DNA of 63,102 nucleotides, filler included, from Neolecta irregularis DAH-3 (Eukaryota): NCBI GenBank assembly GCA_001929475.1. It is 12 parts of 12 records of this genome, joined end to end, with 100 filler letters (N's around TTAATTAATTAA, not from the genome) between each part and the next. Parts side by side here need not be neighbours in the genome. Positions count along the whole stretch, not along the records: positions 1 to 16,993 come from LXFE01002894.1; positions 17,094 to 18,456 come from LXFE01002898.1; positions 18,557 to 19,868 come from LXFE01000269.1; positions 19,969 to 40,272 come from LXFE01002904.1; 8 more parts are not named here. One strand, 5' to 3'. Shown piece by piece: positions 12,441 to 25,446 of this stretch (position 1 is its first letter; each line of letters starts with the position of its first letter). The notes under the pieces were generated by a model. It saw only the letters and a program-made list of their open reading frames with translations, ran no database searches and was not told where the DNA came from. The position numbers and the translations under genes were made by a program.

Positions 12441-12871
12441 GAGACGAACTTGTTCCACACGGAGTATGCAAACGAAGGGACAAGTAGAGGAGGACCGATG
12501 GTTGGGGTCCGCAGGAAGAGGGAAATAGACATCAATGAAAATGGGGTTGGTAGGGGCAGTCTGGGTTTTGTAGGATGTGGCTTGATAGCGGGTTAGAGGA
12601 CAGTCCATAGGGCATAGAGGTTGTCGCGCAGACCCCGTACTTCAGATCAAGGATCACTGGGGACAGAAATGACCATTATTAATCACATGGCAAAACTATG
12701 GTGGTCTATCAACGTTGTAGGATGATTGAAATGTCAACTCACTCTGGATCGCCTCTGCCATGTAGATTGCCCGTTATAACTAGCGATCTTACCAGTAATA
12801 ATCTGCAAACAATTTCAAGTCTCCTAGTGAAAAGAAAACCACTCTGAACATACATACAAAATATACAAAAT

Positions 12872-14210
12872 CTAGGTCCCTGTAATAATATCAATCGTGC
12901 TTCTATCAAACCGGTTTTTCACGCTGCTTTCCAATAATCGAGACCGAGCTATGTTGGACCTAATGTCTTTCCCATATACTTTAGAGAGCACAAATGGCAC
13001 CATGTCAGTAACACATTTCCGCATATCTTCATAGGTGCGATCGTATATATTCTGGTAGCGTGGTAAAGGCTCTCGTAGGATATTTATCGCCCCTAATATA
13101 ACAGCTAACACTGCTTCTGTATTACCATGATCGTTATTGTAAATTAGTTTGAAGAATAATTTTTCTAGAATGGGCGGTTGGTGGCCTAGAAGATTCATAG
13201 CTCCTTCAAACATTTCCCAGGCAGATTCGAACTGGCTATCCTGAGTGGAATCCGTTAGATATATGAGTGGTTGATTGTTAGGTAGACCGGAACCGTGCTG
13301 TATCATAGCGTAATCTCCATTGCCATATGAAACGATAAAAAGGTAAAAATCTTTTGCATGGATAAACAAAGACTTCTTTATTGGATCAAAAACAGTAGTG
13401 AAGTCTTCACCACTGTTCAAGTCTCGACCAATGCTGTGGCTGAATATATCGAGAAAAGCCAGCGCAATTATGTCTAAGAATTCCGAAGATTCTGGCCATG
13501 ATTTGAGGCCAACGAGGATTTCGTCGGTGATTGAATGTCCAGGGATTTTGTGGTCAACGCTGATTTCTTCATGGATCGAATGTCTAGAGATTTTGCGTCG
13601 TTTGGCCTTTGGCCCTCCTGTATCATTTTCCTCAATAAAATCACCTGTATCTCTTTCAATAATATCACCTGTATCCTCCTCAATAATATCGACTACACTT
13701 GCTGGTTTACCATTCACCGCAGAGCTCCAGCAGCCACGCAAAAAAGGTTCATAGCATTTTACTGAGCATGAATATCCCTGTTGAATGTGATCGATCCACT
13801 CCTCACGGGATTCAATATTTCGAGAGAACTCTTTTACAAGGTCAAATTTTCGTGGTTCCTTGATACTAATTATTAATTTCCATACTAACCGTTGCTTACT
13901 TGTAGAATGCTATCATTGGATAATCGGATGAATCTTGATATGGATAGATAGCTGGGTGAGGCTTCGCATATGTAATACATTCGTGGTGTGGGGTCACGAT
14001 GAATGCATTACAGAAATATTTCTCAAAGAAACATTCCTGTGCACATTCATGTATCTGTTGTACAAAGGTTCCGTCAGGGTCGGGAACACGAGAAGTGGCT
14101 GCTTCGCTTTCATCTAATTTAACAAACACTTGTGTGAAATGATCGAGATATGAGGCAGCGCAAAAGAGATTTGTATGAAGCACGATTGACCACAAGATCC
14201 TGGATAACAT
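12872..14210 (-). CDS. Secreted protein: signal peptide + PAN/Apple-like Cys domain + acidic repeats + NLS + unknown C-terminal domain (copy 1, about 434 aa; intron 13866-13899)
   Basis: A 34-nt GTAAGC..ATTAG intron joins ORF 13896-14210 in frame to ORF 12872-13741; CAQECFFEKYFCNAF..C; PKAKRRK. Confidence 0.8.
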
Positions 14211-14454
14211 GATATAGGGTAAATGGACTGCGTAGTGTAAGGATGCGGCATAAGCCTATAGAGTGAATAGAGTTGGGTAAAACCTCTCCCCGTGGAATCA
14301 AGCCCTTTTATAGATGTCGCAAGATGGTGTTGGTTCCGACTTTTCCTTACTCTCTCGGAAAGAAAAACAAAAATGATGTGAAACATATGAGACCAGCCAG
14401 AAAGAGTTGAAGTAGAAATATCCAGGTGCCGAATCAAGCGCAGCTACCACCTTT

Positions 14455-14720
14455 TGAATAGAATGAATATCATTGAATGACTGAATATGAAGGAATGATT
14501 GATTGAATGTGAAGGTATGATTAATGATTAATGACAATGATAATAGATATGATATGATGAATATGATTGAATGATGATTGATTGAACGAATGAATATTGA
14601 ATATGATGAATGATTGATAGATTGAATGTAAAGGCAATGATAGATATGATGAATAGATATATGATAAAGAGATATGACTAGGACTCTATTGAATCCTAGA
14701 GGATTCAAATGAATGGAATG
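14455..14720. repeat. Low-complexity AT-rich (GAAT/GAT)n tract
   Basis: Repeated GAATGA/TGAT words with almost no C on the plus strand. Confidence 0.8.
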
Positions 14721-15179
14721 GCCAACGGGGGATTGGGAATCGAGATCTGATTCTGATTCTGAATCGAGATCAGGGCGGGTTGGGTCTAGCGGGTCAAGAT
14801 CGAGATCTGCAGGTTTTTCCCCCGAGGCATCAAGCCCTTTTATAGATGTCGCAAGATAGTGGTGCCTCCGGCTTTTCCTTAATGTCTCGGAAAAAAGCCA
14901 CAAATGATGGATGTGGCTAGAAAGTTGGCTAGAAGACAGTCCATAGGGCATAGAGGCTGTCGCGCAGAGCCCGTACTTCAGAACATGGATCACTGGGGAC
15001 AGAAATGACCATTGTTAATCACATGGCAAAACTATTGGGGTCTATCAAGCCAAATAATCGTTGTAGGATGATTGACAGGTCAACTCTGGATCGCCTCTGC
15101 CATGTCGATTGCCGTAATAGCGGTCTTACAATAATCAAACAATAAAGTCTAAAACAAAATAAACCATATCTAGGTCCCA

Positions 15180-16503
15180 CTACCCATATGTAATAATATC
15201 AAGCATACTTTTTTCAAACCGATTTTCCACGCCACTATCCCATAATCGAGACTGAGTTATCTGGGATTTAATGTCCTTCCCATAAACTTTAGAGAGTACA
15301 AATTTCACCATGTCGGTAAGACATTTCAGGGAAGTAGGTCTTCCACTATCCTGCATATTCTGGTCGATGTTTGAAACATAGCTCAAAAGGATATCTGTCG
15401 CCTCTAATATAACGGCCGACGCTGGTTGGACAAGATGTTGTTTAAATCCAAGTGGTGTTGAATGAGTAAAGGTCTTTTGTTGGCCTAGCAGATTCATAGC
15501 TCCTTGAAACATTTTCAAGGCAGATTCGGATTGGATAACCTGACTGGGATCCGTTGCATAGGTGAGCAGTTGCTTTTCTTCAAGTCGATCGGGACGGTAT
15601 TTTATGATACCGTAATCTCCCTTGCCATGTGAAACGATGAAAAGGTAAAAGCCATTTCTATGGATAAACAAAGACTTCTTTATTGGATCAAAAACAGTAG
15701 TGAAGGGTGGAACAATGTTGTGGCTGAATATCTCGAGAAAAGCCAGCGCAATTATGTCTGAGAATTCCAAAGATTGTGGCCATGATTTGAGGCCAAAGGC
15801 GATTTCTGTGGTGATTGAATGTCCAGGGATTTTGCGGCTAACGGTGATTTCTTCAGAATCATTAGAGATTTTGCGTCGTTTGGCCTTTCGCTCTCCTGTA
15901 TCATTTTCTTCAATATAATCACCTGTATCATTTTCCTCAATAAAATCACCTATATCCCTTTCCTCAATAATATCGACTACAGTTGCTGGTTTGCCATTCA
16001 CCGCAGAGTTCCAGCAGCCATCCAAAAAATGAGGCCAGAATGAAGACGGCAGTGGTGGTAAATATCCCTTTTCAACGTTTTTGACCCACTTGTCACGGGA
16101 TTCAATATTGCGAGAAAGCTCTTCAACAACGTCAAATTTTCGTGGTACATTGATACTACATTATCAATTACCATACTGTCACAGGTGCTTACTTAGTGCC
16201 TGCTATCATTGAGCAACCAGATGAAAATATATCCGGAGAAATCTTGTTCGCATCTAAGAAACAGCCCTTTTGGTTCTTTGTAGTGATGATGGCGAGGAAT
16301 GAATTACAGGAATACTTCATTGAGAAGCATGACTCTGCACATATCTCTATCAGCTGTACATGGTTATCTTCAAGGTCCTGAACAGGAATAGCAGCTGGTT
16401 GGCTTTCACCAAATTTAACTACCACCTCTGTGAAATAATGGAGATATGAGGCAGCGCAAAGGAGATTCGTTAGCACGATCGACCACAAGATCCTTGACAA
16501 CAT
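15180..16503 (-). CDS. Secreted PAN/NLS family protein (copy 2, about 428 aa; intron 16156-16192)
   Basis: Same MLSRILWSIV start and intron position as copy 1; CAESCFSMKYSCNSF..C; RKAKRRK; C-terminal domain homologous to copy 1. Confidence 0.8.
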
Positions 16504-16993
16504 GATGTAGGCTAATGGAGTGCGTAGAGAAAGGATGCGGTATAAGCCTATTGAGTGAAGAGTTGGGCAACCTGATGGCATCAAGCTCTTTTATATAGTG
16601 CCGCCTCCGGCTTTTCCTCGGAAAAAAGCCACAAATGAGAAACACATCTCGAATAGCCGGAAAGAGTGAAGTAGCAATATGGATCCAGTGCAGCCCTTGA
16701 ATAGATGCCGAGGTGAATTCAATAACATCATATTGTTGGGACATTCTCCAAAGTTATTTATTCAGATTAATCTTTATTTCTAACAAACTCAAACCCTGAA
16801 CGCCACAAGCAAGCCGTACTACAACAGATAAAGACCACTGCGCTTAAGAATCGCATAGCGGAATGCAACTTCGAGCGTCGTTACTCGTGACAATCACGAC
16901 AAGGCGACTAAAATAATGATAATCCAGGTGATTCGGTGCATTGTACTGTCTGCTATTGAATCGGAGAGGATATCGACTAAATCAAAGATGACT

Positions 16994-17093
16994 NNNNNNN
17001 NNNNNNNNNNNNNNNNNNNNNNNNNNNNNNNNNNNNNTTAATTAATTAANNNNNNNNNNNNNNNNNNNNNNNNNNNNNNNNNNNNNNNNNNNN
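16994..17093. other. Artificial contig linker N-TTAATTAATTAA-N (also at 18457, 19869, 40273, 45403, 46535, 48811, 51377, 52827, 54128, 61853)
   Basis: Identical 100-nt spacer carrying stops in all six frames. Confidence 0.98.
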
Positions 17094-17539
17094 ACTTGCT
17101 GAACCTGGTATACTTTGCAGAACTCCTCAATCCTTCAAGATAACTGATTGGCAGTCTCAAATAACCCAACAATAACAAAAACCCAGAATTTTCCCTTAGA
17201 TGCTACTTGACCCCAATTCAGGACTCAATAACACCTTCAGTAACACTCTGAACTCTATACAAAACTTAACTTGAGACCCAGTAAGGGTTTACAAGTTTAC
17301 AAACTTCAAAAACCTTGAATATCCTTTCAGATCACACAAGATGTTAAACCAATACACAAAATTGTTAATGGTAACTCTTGATTTACAGCTAAGACTCTAA
17401 AGAGTAGATTCCAATACTTTTGATGTATAACTTTGAGGTCTTTTCCTAGGTAACCTCACTCCCAACAGATAGCTATCAACCAAGTAGACAGGTTCAACCA
17501 AAATACACGGATGTAATAATGGTAACTCTTGTTTGTAAG

Positions 17540-18456
17540 GATGGTTCTAAATCTGTATGCTGTGCTGCAACCAAGAAGGGAGCTCAGCCTAATACCAGGT
17601 GAAGAGTCTAAAGATGATGAAAATGAATATAGCAAAATTTACTTCATAAAAAATGGAAAAATATATAAAAACACTGATAAAAGAGGAGGAACATCAAAGA
17701 GAGTAATTGGGTGTAAGAAAGATATTAAAAAATATTGGAATGTGCCCATGAGTCTCTCGGGCACCAAGGTGTAGAAGTTGTGATAAAGCTTCTTAATAGG
17801 AAGTACTTGTGTATGAAAATGTTCAATGACATTCAGGCTCACATTAAGAGCTGTGACAAATGCTAAAAGAGGAGTACAAATCGAAATGTGGAAGAATTAC
17901 ACCCTACATTTAGTAATATGGTATGGGAGAAGGTTGGCATGGATGTGATTCACATGCCTATGAATAAAGGCAAACACTATATTGTGGTTGCACATGACAA
18001 CCTGATGGGGTGGGTGGAGGCAAGGGCATTGGCAAAAATCATTGCTGATGTGGTTGGCAAGTTTCTCTATGAAGAGATTATATATACATTTAGCTGTCCT
18101 GAAAGATTGGTTGTTGATGGGGGTCCTTAAAATAAAGGACTTGTATGAGAAATTTGTGAAAAGTACAAGGTAGGGGTTAGCAAGATTAGTCCATGCCTCA
18201 TAGGCTCCCCTAACCCAGAAGTATTGGTAGCAGATTCCAGTTACTGCTGCCCCAGCAGAGAAACCGAAACCAGGTGCAAGTACCTAAAGGCTACTCACAA
18301 ATACAATTGCAAACAGACTCAGCAATATATTTCTAAACAGTACAGGAAGCCAACAGCAACTCAATTCTTCAAACAGATTCAGAAACAAGATTCTCTAGCA
18401 GAAGTTGTGGGCAATTCAGCAAATTCACGTTGCACGGCCTTTTTGGCAAGACGCGC
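17540..18456 (+). mobile_element. Degenerate Ty3/Gypsy LTR retrotransposon: integrase fragment plus probable LTR sequence
   Basis: HESLGH..CDKC zinc motif, then WEKVGMDVIHMP..IVVAHDNLMGWVEARAL..PERLVVDGGP (rve core) with in-frame stops; CpG-poor. Confidence 0.9.
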
Positions 18457-18556
18457 NNNNNNNNNNNNNNNNNNNNNNNNNNNNNNNNNNNNNNNNNNNN
18501 TTAATTAATTAANNNNNNNNNNNNNNNNNNNNNNNNNNNNNNNNNNNNNNNNNNNN

Positions 18557-19689
18557 AGTTACTCACCTTTGGAAAATGATATGACTATTACCCCATACCT
18601 TACTCATCTGGCCCTCGGTCCGGATTGCTTTGAAGAGACTCGATCTTCCGACCATCCCGAGATTCGCCAAAGTAAAATTCGGGAAAAGGCTATAGTTCGA
18701 GCTCATAATGATATTCTCGAAACTTTGGGTCTTCTTGACCGTATACCAAAAGGACGCCAGACTCCATCATCATCGAACAACCTAGAGGAAACGGCCGAGC
18801 TGGAGAACAACATGGATCTTGTAATGAACCTAACGTCGTGGATATCAAATTTTCTCTTGTTCTGGCAATTAAGCAGTGTCCGTTGCAAGATTCAGGTATC
18901 CAATCTCTCATCGATAAAAACTTTCCAAATAGACATTTGAGGATATCAATCCCGGAATGTCATACAGTGATATCCTGAAAACCGTGTATGTAAAGGGACT
19001 ACCGTTGACAAACCGTTTCACCGGCCTTGTTGCTTATGGATTTTTTGAAGCCGCGAGCTTTTGTTCTTGCGGTCTCGAGAAACAATTCATTTCTTGGGTT
19101 TCGACGAATCGATTTCTAAGGAACAAAACAACTCGAAGACCGTATTCAGGTATAGTATTCTGTGCTAGGATTGTGTAAATCTGCCCTTTCTGTTCTTGCT
19201 AACTCCATTGATAGGTATTCTATTGGCTCATGGTTCATCTTATATCCCATCAGGCAACATTATTTCAAGCAACTACTAGACCTAGCACCGCCATATCCTT
19301 TTCTTCCGCCCTTATACACATTCATCGAGGTCCTGGATTGGCCGCTATTTTTCGCTACATTAGCTGAAGACTTGATTCATACTTACATTCAAGAAGCCAT
19401 GTTTATGTTTTTCTATGAATATTTTCCAATCGAGGATCACATGCTATCTCCATTTCTCGCGAATGATAAAGCAAGTCTCGCTGCAATCACACTGTGTCTT
19501 CCTTTTCAGAGGATATGTTTGAGGATGCTTGCTCGAGACAATTCGCGTCGACCAGTTTGGGGAATCTGGGAACTTGGAAATTCAAGATTAGGACACAAAA
19601 CCATGGCTTTGGAGTGGTTTATGGAATCTCTTGTAGCCCAATCGCTTCATCTTGTTGGACTGGGAATTCACAAATCTAAAGGAATCTAA
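18557..19689 (+). CDS. Hypothetical membrane protein, multi-exon, 5'-truncated by gap
   Basis: Three consecutive plus-strand ORFs joinable by short GT..AG introns; hydrophobic segments. Confidence 0.55.
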
Positions 19690-19968
19690 ATAATCTTTGG
19701 CTGTATTCCTGATAATACAGACACGTTTGTACTTTAGGCATTGTCAAAGGATTATGGCTCAAGATGTGAAGAATATCTTTATTTATCTCGTTAACACGAT
19801 ACCTTCTCTTTATTCGCAAGTCTACTTATTTGATCGAGCCTACTAAAATGAAACTGGAAATTCAAAATNNNNNNNNNNNNNNNNNNNNNNNNNNNNNNNN
19901 NNNNNNNNNNNNTTAATTAATTAANNNNNNNNNNNNNNNNNNNNNNNNNNNNNNNNNNNNNNNNNNNN

Positions 19969-20102
19969 ATATCATTGAGGCAAACATTGCACCCAGGGAC
20001 CACAGGTCAAGACTGCTGTTAGGTGTGCGGTATGAGGTAAATACCTATAGTCATACTCTTGGAAATCGACAAGAAGTTCTGGGCCTTTAAAGTAGCGCGA
20101 GG
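19969..20102 (-). repeat. Near-identical copy of part of the CK2 alpha gene (about 34537-34668)
   Basis: Encodes [18 protein letters not shown]; flanked by gaps; likely haplotig or assembly duplicate. Confidence 0.85.
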
Positions 20103-20502
20103 NNNNNNNNNNTACTTCTCCACAGATGGACAAATCATGCCACTTTTCATTAATACCCAGAAACACGCTTATATTTGAGTCACTCAAGAATCAGTAATCA
20201 TGCAAGGCTTCAACTTGCAAGCAGTTAGAGCGCACCTTTCACCCTTTTCATCCTCTGAATGATTAGCATCCAGAGATCTAGCATCCAAGGGGCTGCTAAA
20301 TGAAAAAGAAGCTTAGAATGTTTCACATTTTAATTTCCCTGCTGAAAGAGCTATCAATTCCTTGTTTTTATTTTAATCAACGTACATTTATCCGCATATA
20401 CCGAGAGTTTTATGATTTTTACTGAATCGCAACTTAAACCCACCCTCCTTATCATACACGTGTTTGACGATCTTCAGCACTAGCAGCCTTGCAACGCTTT
20501 TC

Positions 20503-22392
20503 ATGCCCTCATCATTCGGTTTTCTGTCCTTGTTATTTCTGATCATCCCTTCTCCCATTAGAGCAAAATCCACGGTTATCGACGGTGCATATTTTGTATA
20601 AAGTGTTTACGTTGGCAGATCTGACACGAAAGCGCAACGGGAATATCTCAGATTCATGTGCGACATACCCTGTTGCAGATGCCATCAACCAAAAGATTCG
20701 CCCATTGGTCCAAGACCTTATTACGGAAACGGATTATTTTGCTTACTACAGACTAAATTTGTTCGACAATGACTGTCCTTTCTGGAATGACAATGGGGCC
20801 ATGTGCAGGAACAGAGCATGTGCAGTAGATACACTAGACGAAGCACGCCCTATCTGTTTTTTCGCAAACTGATATGCAGGAAGAAATTCCTGAGATCTGG
20901 AGGTCGCATAATCTTGGAAAATTGGATGGCCCCACTCCCAGTCAGGTAGGCTCATTATCCCTAGACGACAAGCCCTTTGGACCAGATCATGTTGGCGCTT
21001 GCATTATTGAGGATGATTTCGATACAGAACGCGATTACTGTGTTCCTGAAGACGAATCCGATCAGTCAAAAGGCGTGTATGTTTCTCTTGTCGATAATCC
21101 GGAACGGTTCACTGGATATGCTGGGCCTCATGCGAATAAAGTCTGGAAAGCGATTTATCAAGAGAATTGTTTTCAGAATACCCATGATTCCCGATTTTCG
21201 TCTGCAGTCAGTCACTCGTCTGGAGGAGGACTTGAAGCTGTAATAATGGGCTGGAACCACCGCATTCAGGCAAATTCAGGAGGCGAGACTGCTCGACAGG
21301 CACTGAACGATCAATCGATGTGTTTTGAAAAAAGAGTGTTCTGGAGAGTGATGAGTGGCATGCATGCGAGTATCACAATACATCTATGTTGGGAGTATCT
21401 CAATCAGTTTTCTGGCGAATGGGTATACCAACTTCTCTCTGTGCGCCTGCCAATTCCAGGGCCCGAATCTGGAATGCTTCCAACAGCGATTTGGAAATAA
21501 TCCAGAATGGATAGAGAATCTTTACTTCGATTACGCACTCGTACTTCGAGCCTTCACCAAATTAAGTCACCATATTGATAAATATACTTTTTGCGCAGGA
21601 GATCTAAAGCAAGATAAAATCACCAAAGCATCATCTGCATATAGTCCAAACTGACAACTATAGGAAAAAGTCAATCAGCTGGCTGAATTAGTCCAATCTG
21701 TTCCTCAAACGTTCAATGAATCCCTAATGTTCGACCACCAAACCCGAGCCGACGCTCTGCAATTAAAAGAAGACTTCCGAAACCAATTCCGGAATGTCTC
21801 CCGCTTAATGGACTGTGTAGGATGTGATAAATGTCGGCTTTGGGGTAAACTTCAAGTTGCTGGTTACGGTACTGCGTTGAAAGTTCTATTCGAGTTTAAT
21901 GAGAATGGGGTAAGCGAAATTGGTCATTATCATCTTCGACGAACAGAACTTGTTTCTCTAGTTAATTTACTGGCGCGACTTTCGACCAGCATACACGCAG
22001 TTCAGCAATTTTCAAAAGATATACAACGGAAGACTGGAAACACCACAATGAAATATGCTTTCTCCGATGGGAAGATAGACGAGTTGCAGAACTCATCAAA
22101 CCCGAGAGATCCGGAGAATATACTGACGGAGAATCTGCCTCTGGGGTTTAAACGGGCTTTTATGCATTTTTTGTCAGTGAAGGATCGACTTGTTAAATGG
22201 TCCGAACCACACGTCGAAGTCTTCAATCAAAATTTTCGTCGAGAGTTTTCGCTACTTTGCGATGCCGTTGTTGATGTGCTATGGTCAATAGTCATATTCC
22301 CCAGGATTGTATGGCAAAATCTTGTTTATCACATCAGATCATTTTTTCGATGGGCTTTTCTTGGACCTGCGCCAAGTCGAACAGAGTTGTAA
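20503..22392 (+). CDS. ERO1: ER oxidoreductin Ero1
   Basis: Signal peptide; CPFW...CRNRACAV; NPERFTGY; SGMHASI; RNVSRLMDCVGCDKCRLWGKLQ (CxxCxxC). Confidence 0.96.
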
Positions 22393-22611
22393 AATAATTC
22401 GAGGTTCATTATTTATTGGCGAGTTTATTTTCTTTTTGGAGTATCTGGTTTGGAGTATTTATTGCCCTGATAAATAACAAGCTGGTGAGTGGAGTAGTTA
22501 TTTTAATCCTAAGCTATTATGGAACGATATTCTCCGAAATTTCCCGATATCATTGTCTTTTCAAACCCCACCAACTCTGAATTAAGTCTTCCTTACAGAA
22601 TCTATACCATC

Positions 22612-23758
22612 ATGGCTGCCATGCGCCCAAGGGTTAATACCTTGTCGGAAATTGGGACGAGGAAGTTGCCATCGAAATCCGTCATTGCATCACTTGGGCT
22701 GACGTTTCAAAAGCCAGTCCTCGTGAAAGTCATACCGAACTCGCAATTCATCGATTCTTCAAAAATTACATCCTCAGATAATTTGAGCTATTCATTTGAT
22801 CACGGGCCGTTATCACAACGTCTAGCAGCGAGCCATGCTCACCAAAATCGAGAACTCATGAATAAAAATGGAATTAGGAAAGCCAGCGAGAAATCCGCGG
22901 AATATGAAGTTGCTAAATTAAATGAAGCAAAGAATCAGTCCTTTTCTACCACCTGGAAGCAATCTCCCGCTCGACAAACAGGGACACGTATAAAGGAGCA
23001 GGAATTGGTGTTTAAGAAAAAAATTAACGAACTTGGAGCGAAAAAAGAGGACGGTTTTGATGTTCAAGACTACCAGTTTCAAGAAAAGACTGTGTGGGAC
23101 ATAGATTTAACCGAATTGGAGGATATCCATACAGTGCGTTAGCATGCGACTCAACATACACTAACTATGGCAGAAAGGCTTATCCTTAGATATCGACCCT
23201 CCCAAGCAAAAAGTTGAACGAAGATCTTCAGTGAAAGAAAAGTTGCGAAAAGAAGCTGATAGTCCGCCTCGCCGGATTGGACGTGAAAGGGTTAAACGTG
23301 AAAAGCAAATGCAAATCACACGCGGCCAGTTTTCTGCAAAGGATGTTGGAACTGAAAGTGCGCAATTGAGGGAATTACAAGCAAAAGGTTTCAGATACAG
23401 CTTACCGCAGGTCTTCCAAGAGCCTATACAACCCGTGCAACTATTCTGCAATATACCTAGCCTGCCGTTATCACAGTATTCGAGAATAAGGGATATTCAC
23501 AACATCATTGGATTTCCAGGACAGAACAAGCTCCAGTGGCAGAAAGAAATCATCGAACAGCGAGATTCAATACAAGCTACATTAAGTGGAGATTATCAAC
23601 CCTGGATGGATGTCTCCAATGGATATGGTGGGGTTGTTGGTGACGCTGCGAGATTAATAGGTCAAAACTCGAGCTATGACTTTCTTGCCAAGACTCGAGC
23701 TGTGGGTATAATTGCAATACAATTGAATCAAACGAAAGGGACAGCATCTCCTAGTTAG
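22612..23758 (+). CDS. Hypothetical protein (two exons)
   Basis: Two long plus-strand ORFs separated by a short GTGCGT..GGCAG intron; start could be 22519. Confidence 0.6.
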
Positions 23759-23814
23759 TAGCTGGCCTCTGGTATTAATTTTGGTTCTGAATATATGAAG
23801 TTTTCTTCCACCTT

Positions 23815-24595
23815 TCAGCCATCCATGACGGCTTCCTTTGCTTCTTCTATGCTTTTTGCAAAACTTTTCCCTGCATTCTCCATCAATTTTTCGATCTTTT
23901 TCTCCGATAATCTCTTTGCGTCGGCTCCAATTCCGGAAATATTCCTATCCCTGACTTTCTTCAATCCATCAGCCCTGATTTTCCGGATTTCAAGTTTAAA
24001 ACTTTCACCGACTTTTGAAACCAAATTGGCAGTAAGTTGTCGTGATTCCCTACTAGGTGGTGGAAGTGGAATATTAAGGAGATTCGAGTTGGATGTATTT
24101 TGAACTGGATTCATGTTGAGCGGAGCTGCGTGAATCGCTGCTGTAACATGTTTCGTATGCTAGAACATTAGCGAAAATTTAGAAATTAAATATTACTTCT
24201 GGTTCATAGACCGTAATCTGTATTGTTCTTCCATCTCGTACGGCAACATGTGCAACCTCTTTTAGTCCAACTTCTTGCTTTGAGCCAGGTAGTTTGACTT
24301 TAATTTTGTCAAGAACTTCTGGATTTGCTCGTCCCTGCCGTAACGAAGAAAGCTCGTTACGTAATCGAGCCTCAACTTTTGAGATAGCTTCTTCGAGATG
24401 GCCGATTCCGAATATATCAGATTCAGATTCAAGCTCTGCTCCTGATATCGCTGGTTTTGTTTTATTTTTAGCGAGCGTCGTCTGAAATGTACGAAATTTT
24501 CTGTTCCGAATAGCAACGTTGATTGATGCTGATGTCCTCTGCCAAAGAACTCGAGCCTCTAAGGAGATACAAATCAGAGCGATTGGGTGTAGCAT
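23815..24595 (-). CDS. RRF1: Mitochondrial ribosome recycling factor
   Basis: LRQGRANPEVLD, LKEVAHVAV, IPLPPPSRESR, IRKIR; N-terminal targeting-like peptide. Confidence 0.88.
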
Positions 24596-25446
24596 AAGTG
24601 TTCTGTCCCACCTCTGGATTTGTCCAACCTCTCCATTAAATCCACCAGCCTCATCATGCCCTCGCTTATAAAATCGACCAACCTTCTCAATTGCATCCCC
24701 CTATCATGTCTGTTGCTAAGAACCATGATCCCTTGCAGCTACACAACCCAGTGAAGATATTTACCCTGTCTTCTATCTAGGCATTCCAGTGTTCTGGGTG
24801 AGATAAAGACGGCCCAGTACTGCAACTTCCTCAGATGGCCAAAGCAACAAGTGGGTGATAAGACGATCCTAGGGGTAAAGAAGTACCATGAGTTGTAGAG
24901 AATAAAAAACATTGTCCTTAACAAATATCAACTTGATGAAAGTTCAAACTTACAAGGCCACAGAAAATAAAGGTGCAACTGAGGACAGGAGGGCAGTTTC
25001 TATTTCTGATGCACACTCATGTATTTGAAAGGGTTACGCTGCATGAAACAGTGCTCAAAAAAAGGATGTTTAACATGGATTTTCGAACTCGCTATCCCAG
25101 CTTTGAAACCCCCTCCAAACCGTTGGGGCTTTAGAAGAGTTCCAATCAAACGATCCAATTTCAGATCCAAGCGGATAAAGGGGTAAGCACTGCACAACTA
25201 TTTTTAAAGCATTCGTTTGAATGCTTGGTAATCTCTAAATATGAATATGAATCTGCAGGACAGGACTAATTTCGCGAAAGTAGCGGAAGGCTGTGGAAGT
25301 AGATTTTTTAGAGGTTGAGCAGCCAGCCACATGTGAGATCGGTTGACGTTTATTAATATATCGAGGTATATAGAGAAATTCCTGCCAATGAAATTTGATT
25401 CCTAACCTCCATAATTCAGAGATCTCATTCGATTATTTTCAGCTCA

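Noticed and set aside
14298..14993. 231-aa minus-strand ORF
   Set aside because: Spans low-complexity sequence and duplicated promoter DNA; its Ile/His/Ser bias comes from the repeat.
17038..17049. Recurrent TTAATTAATTAA motif as a biological element
   Set aside because: Always centred in identical N runs; it is a six-frame-stop assembly linker.
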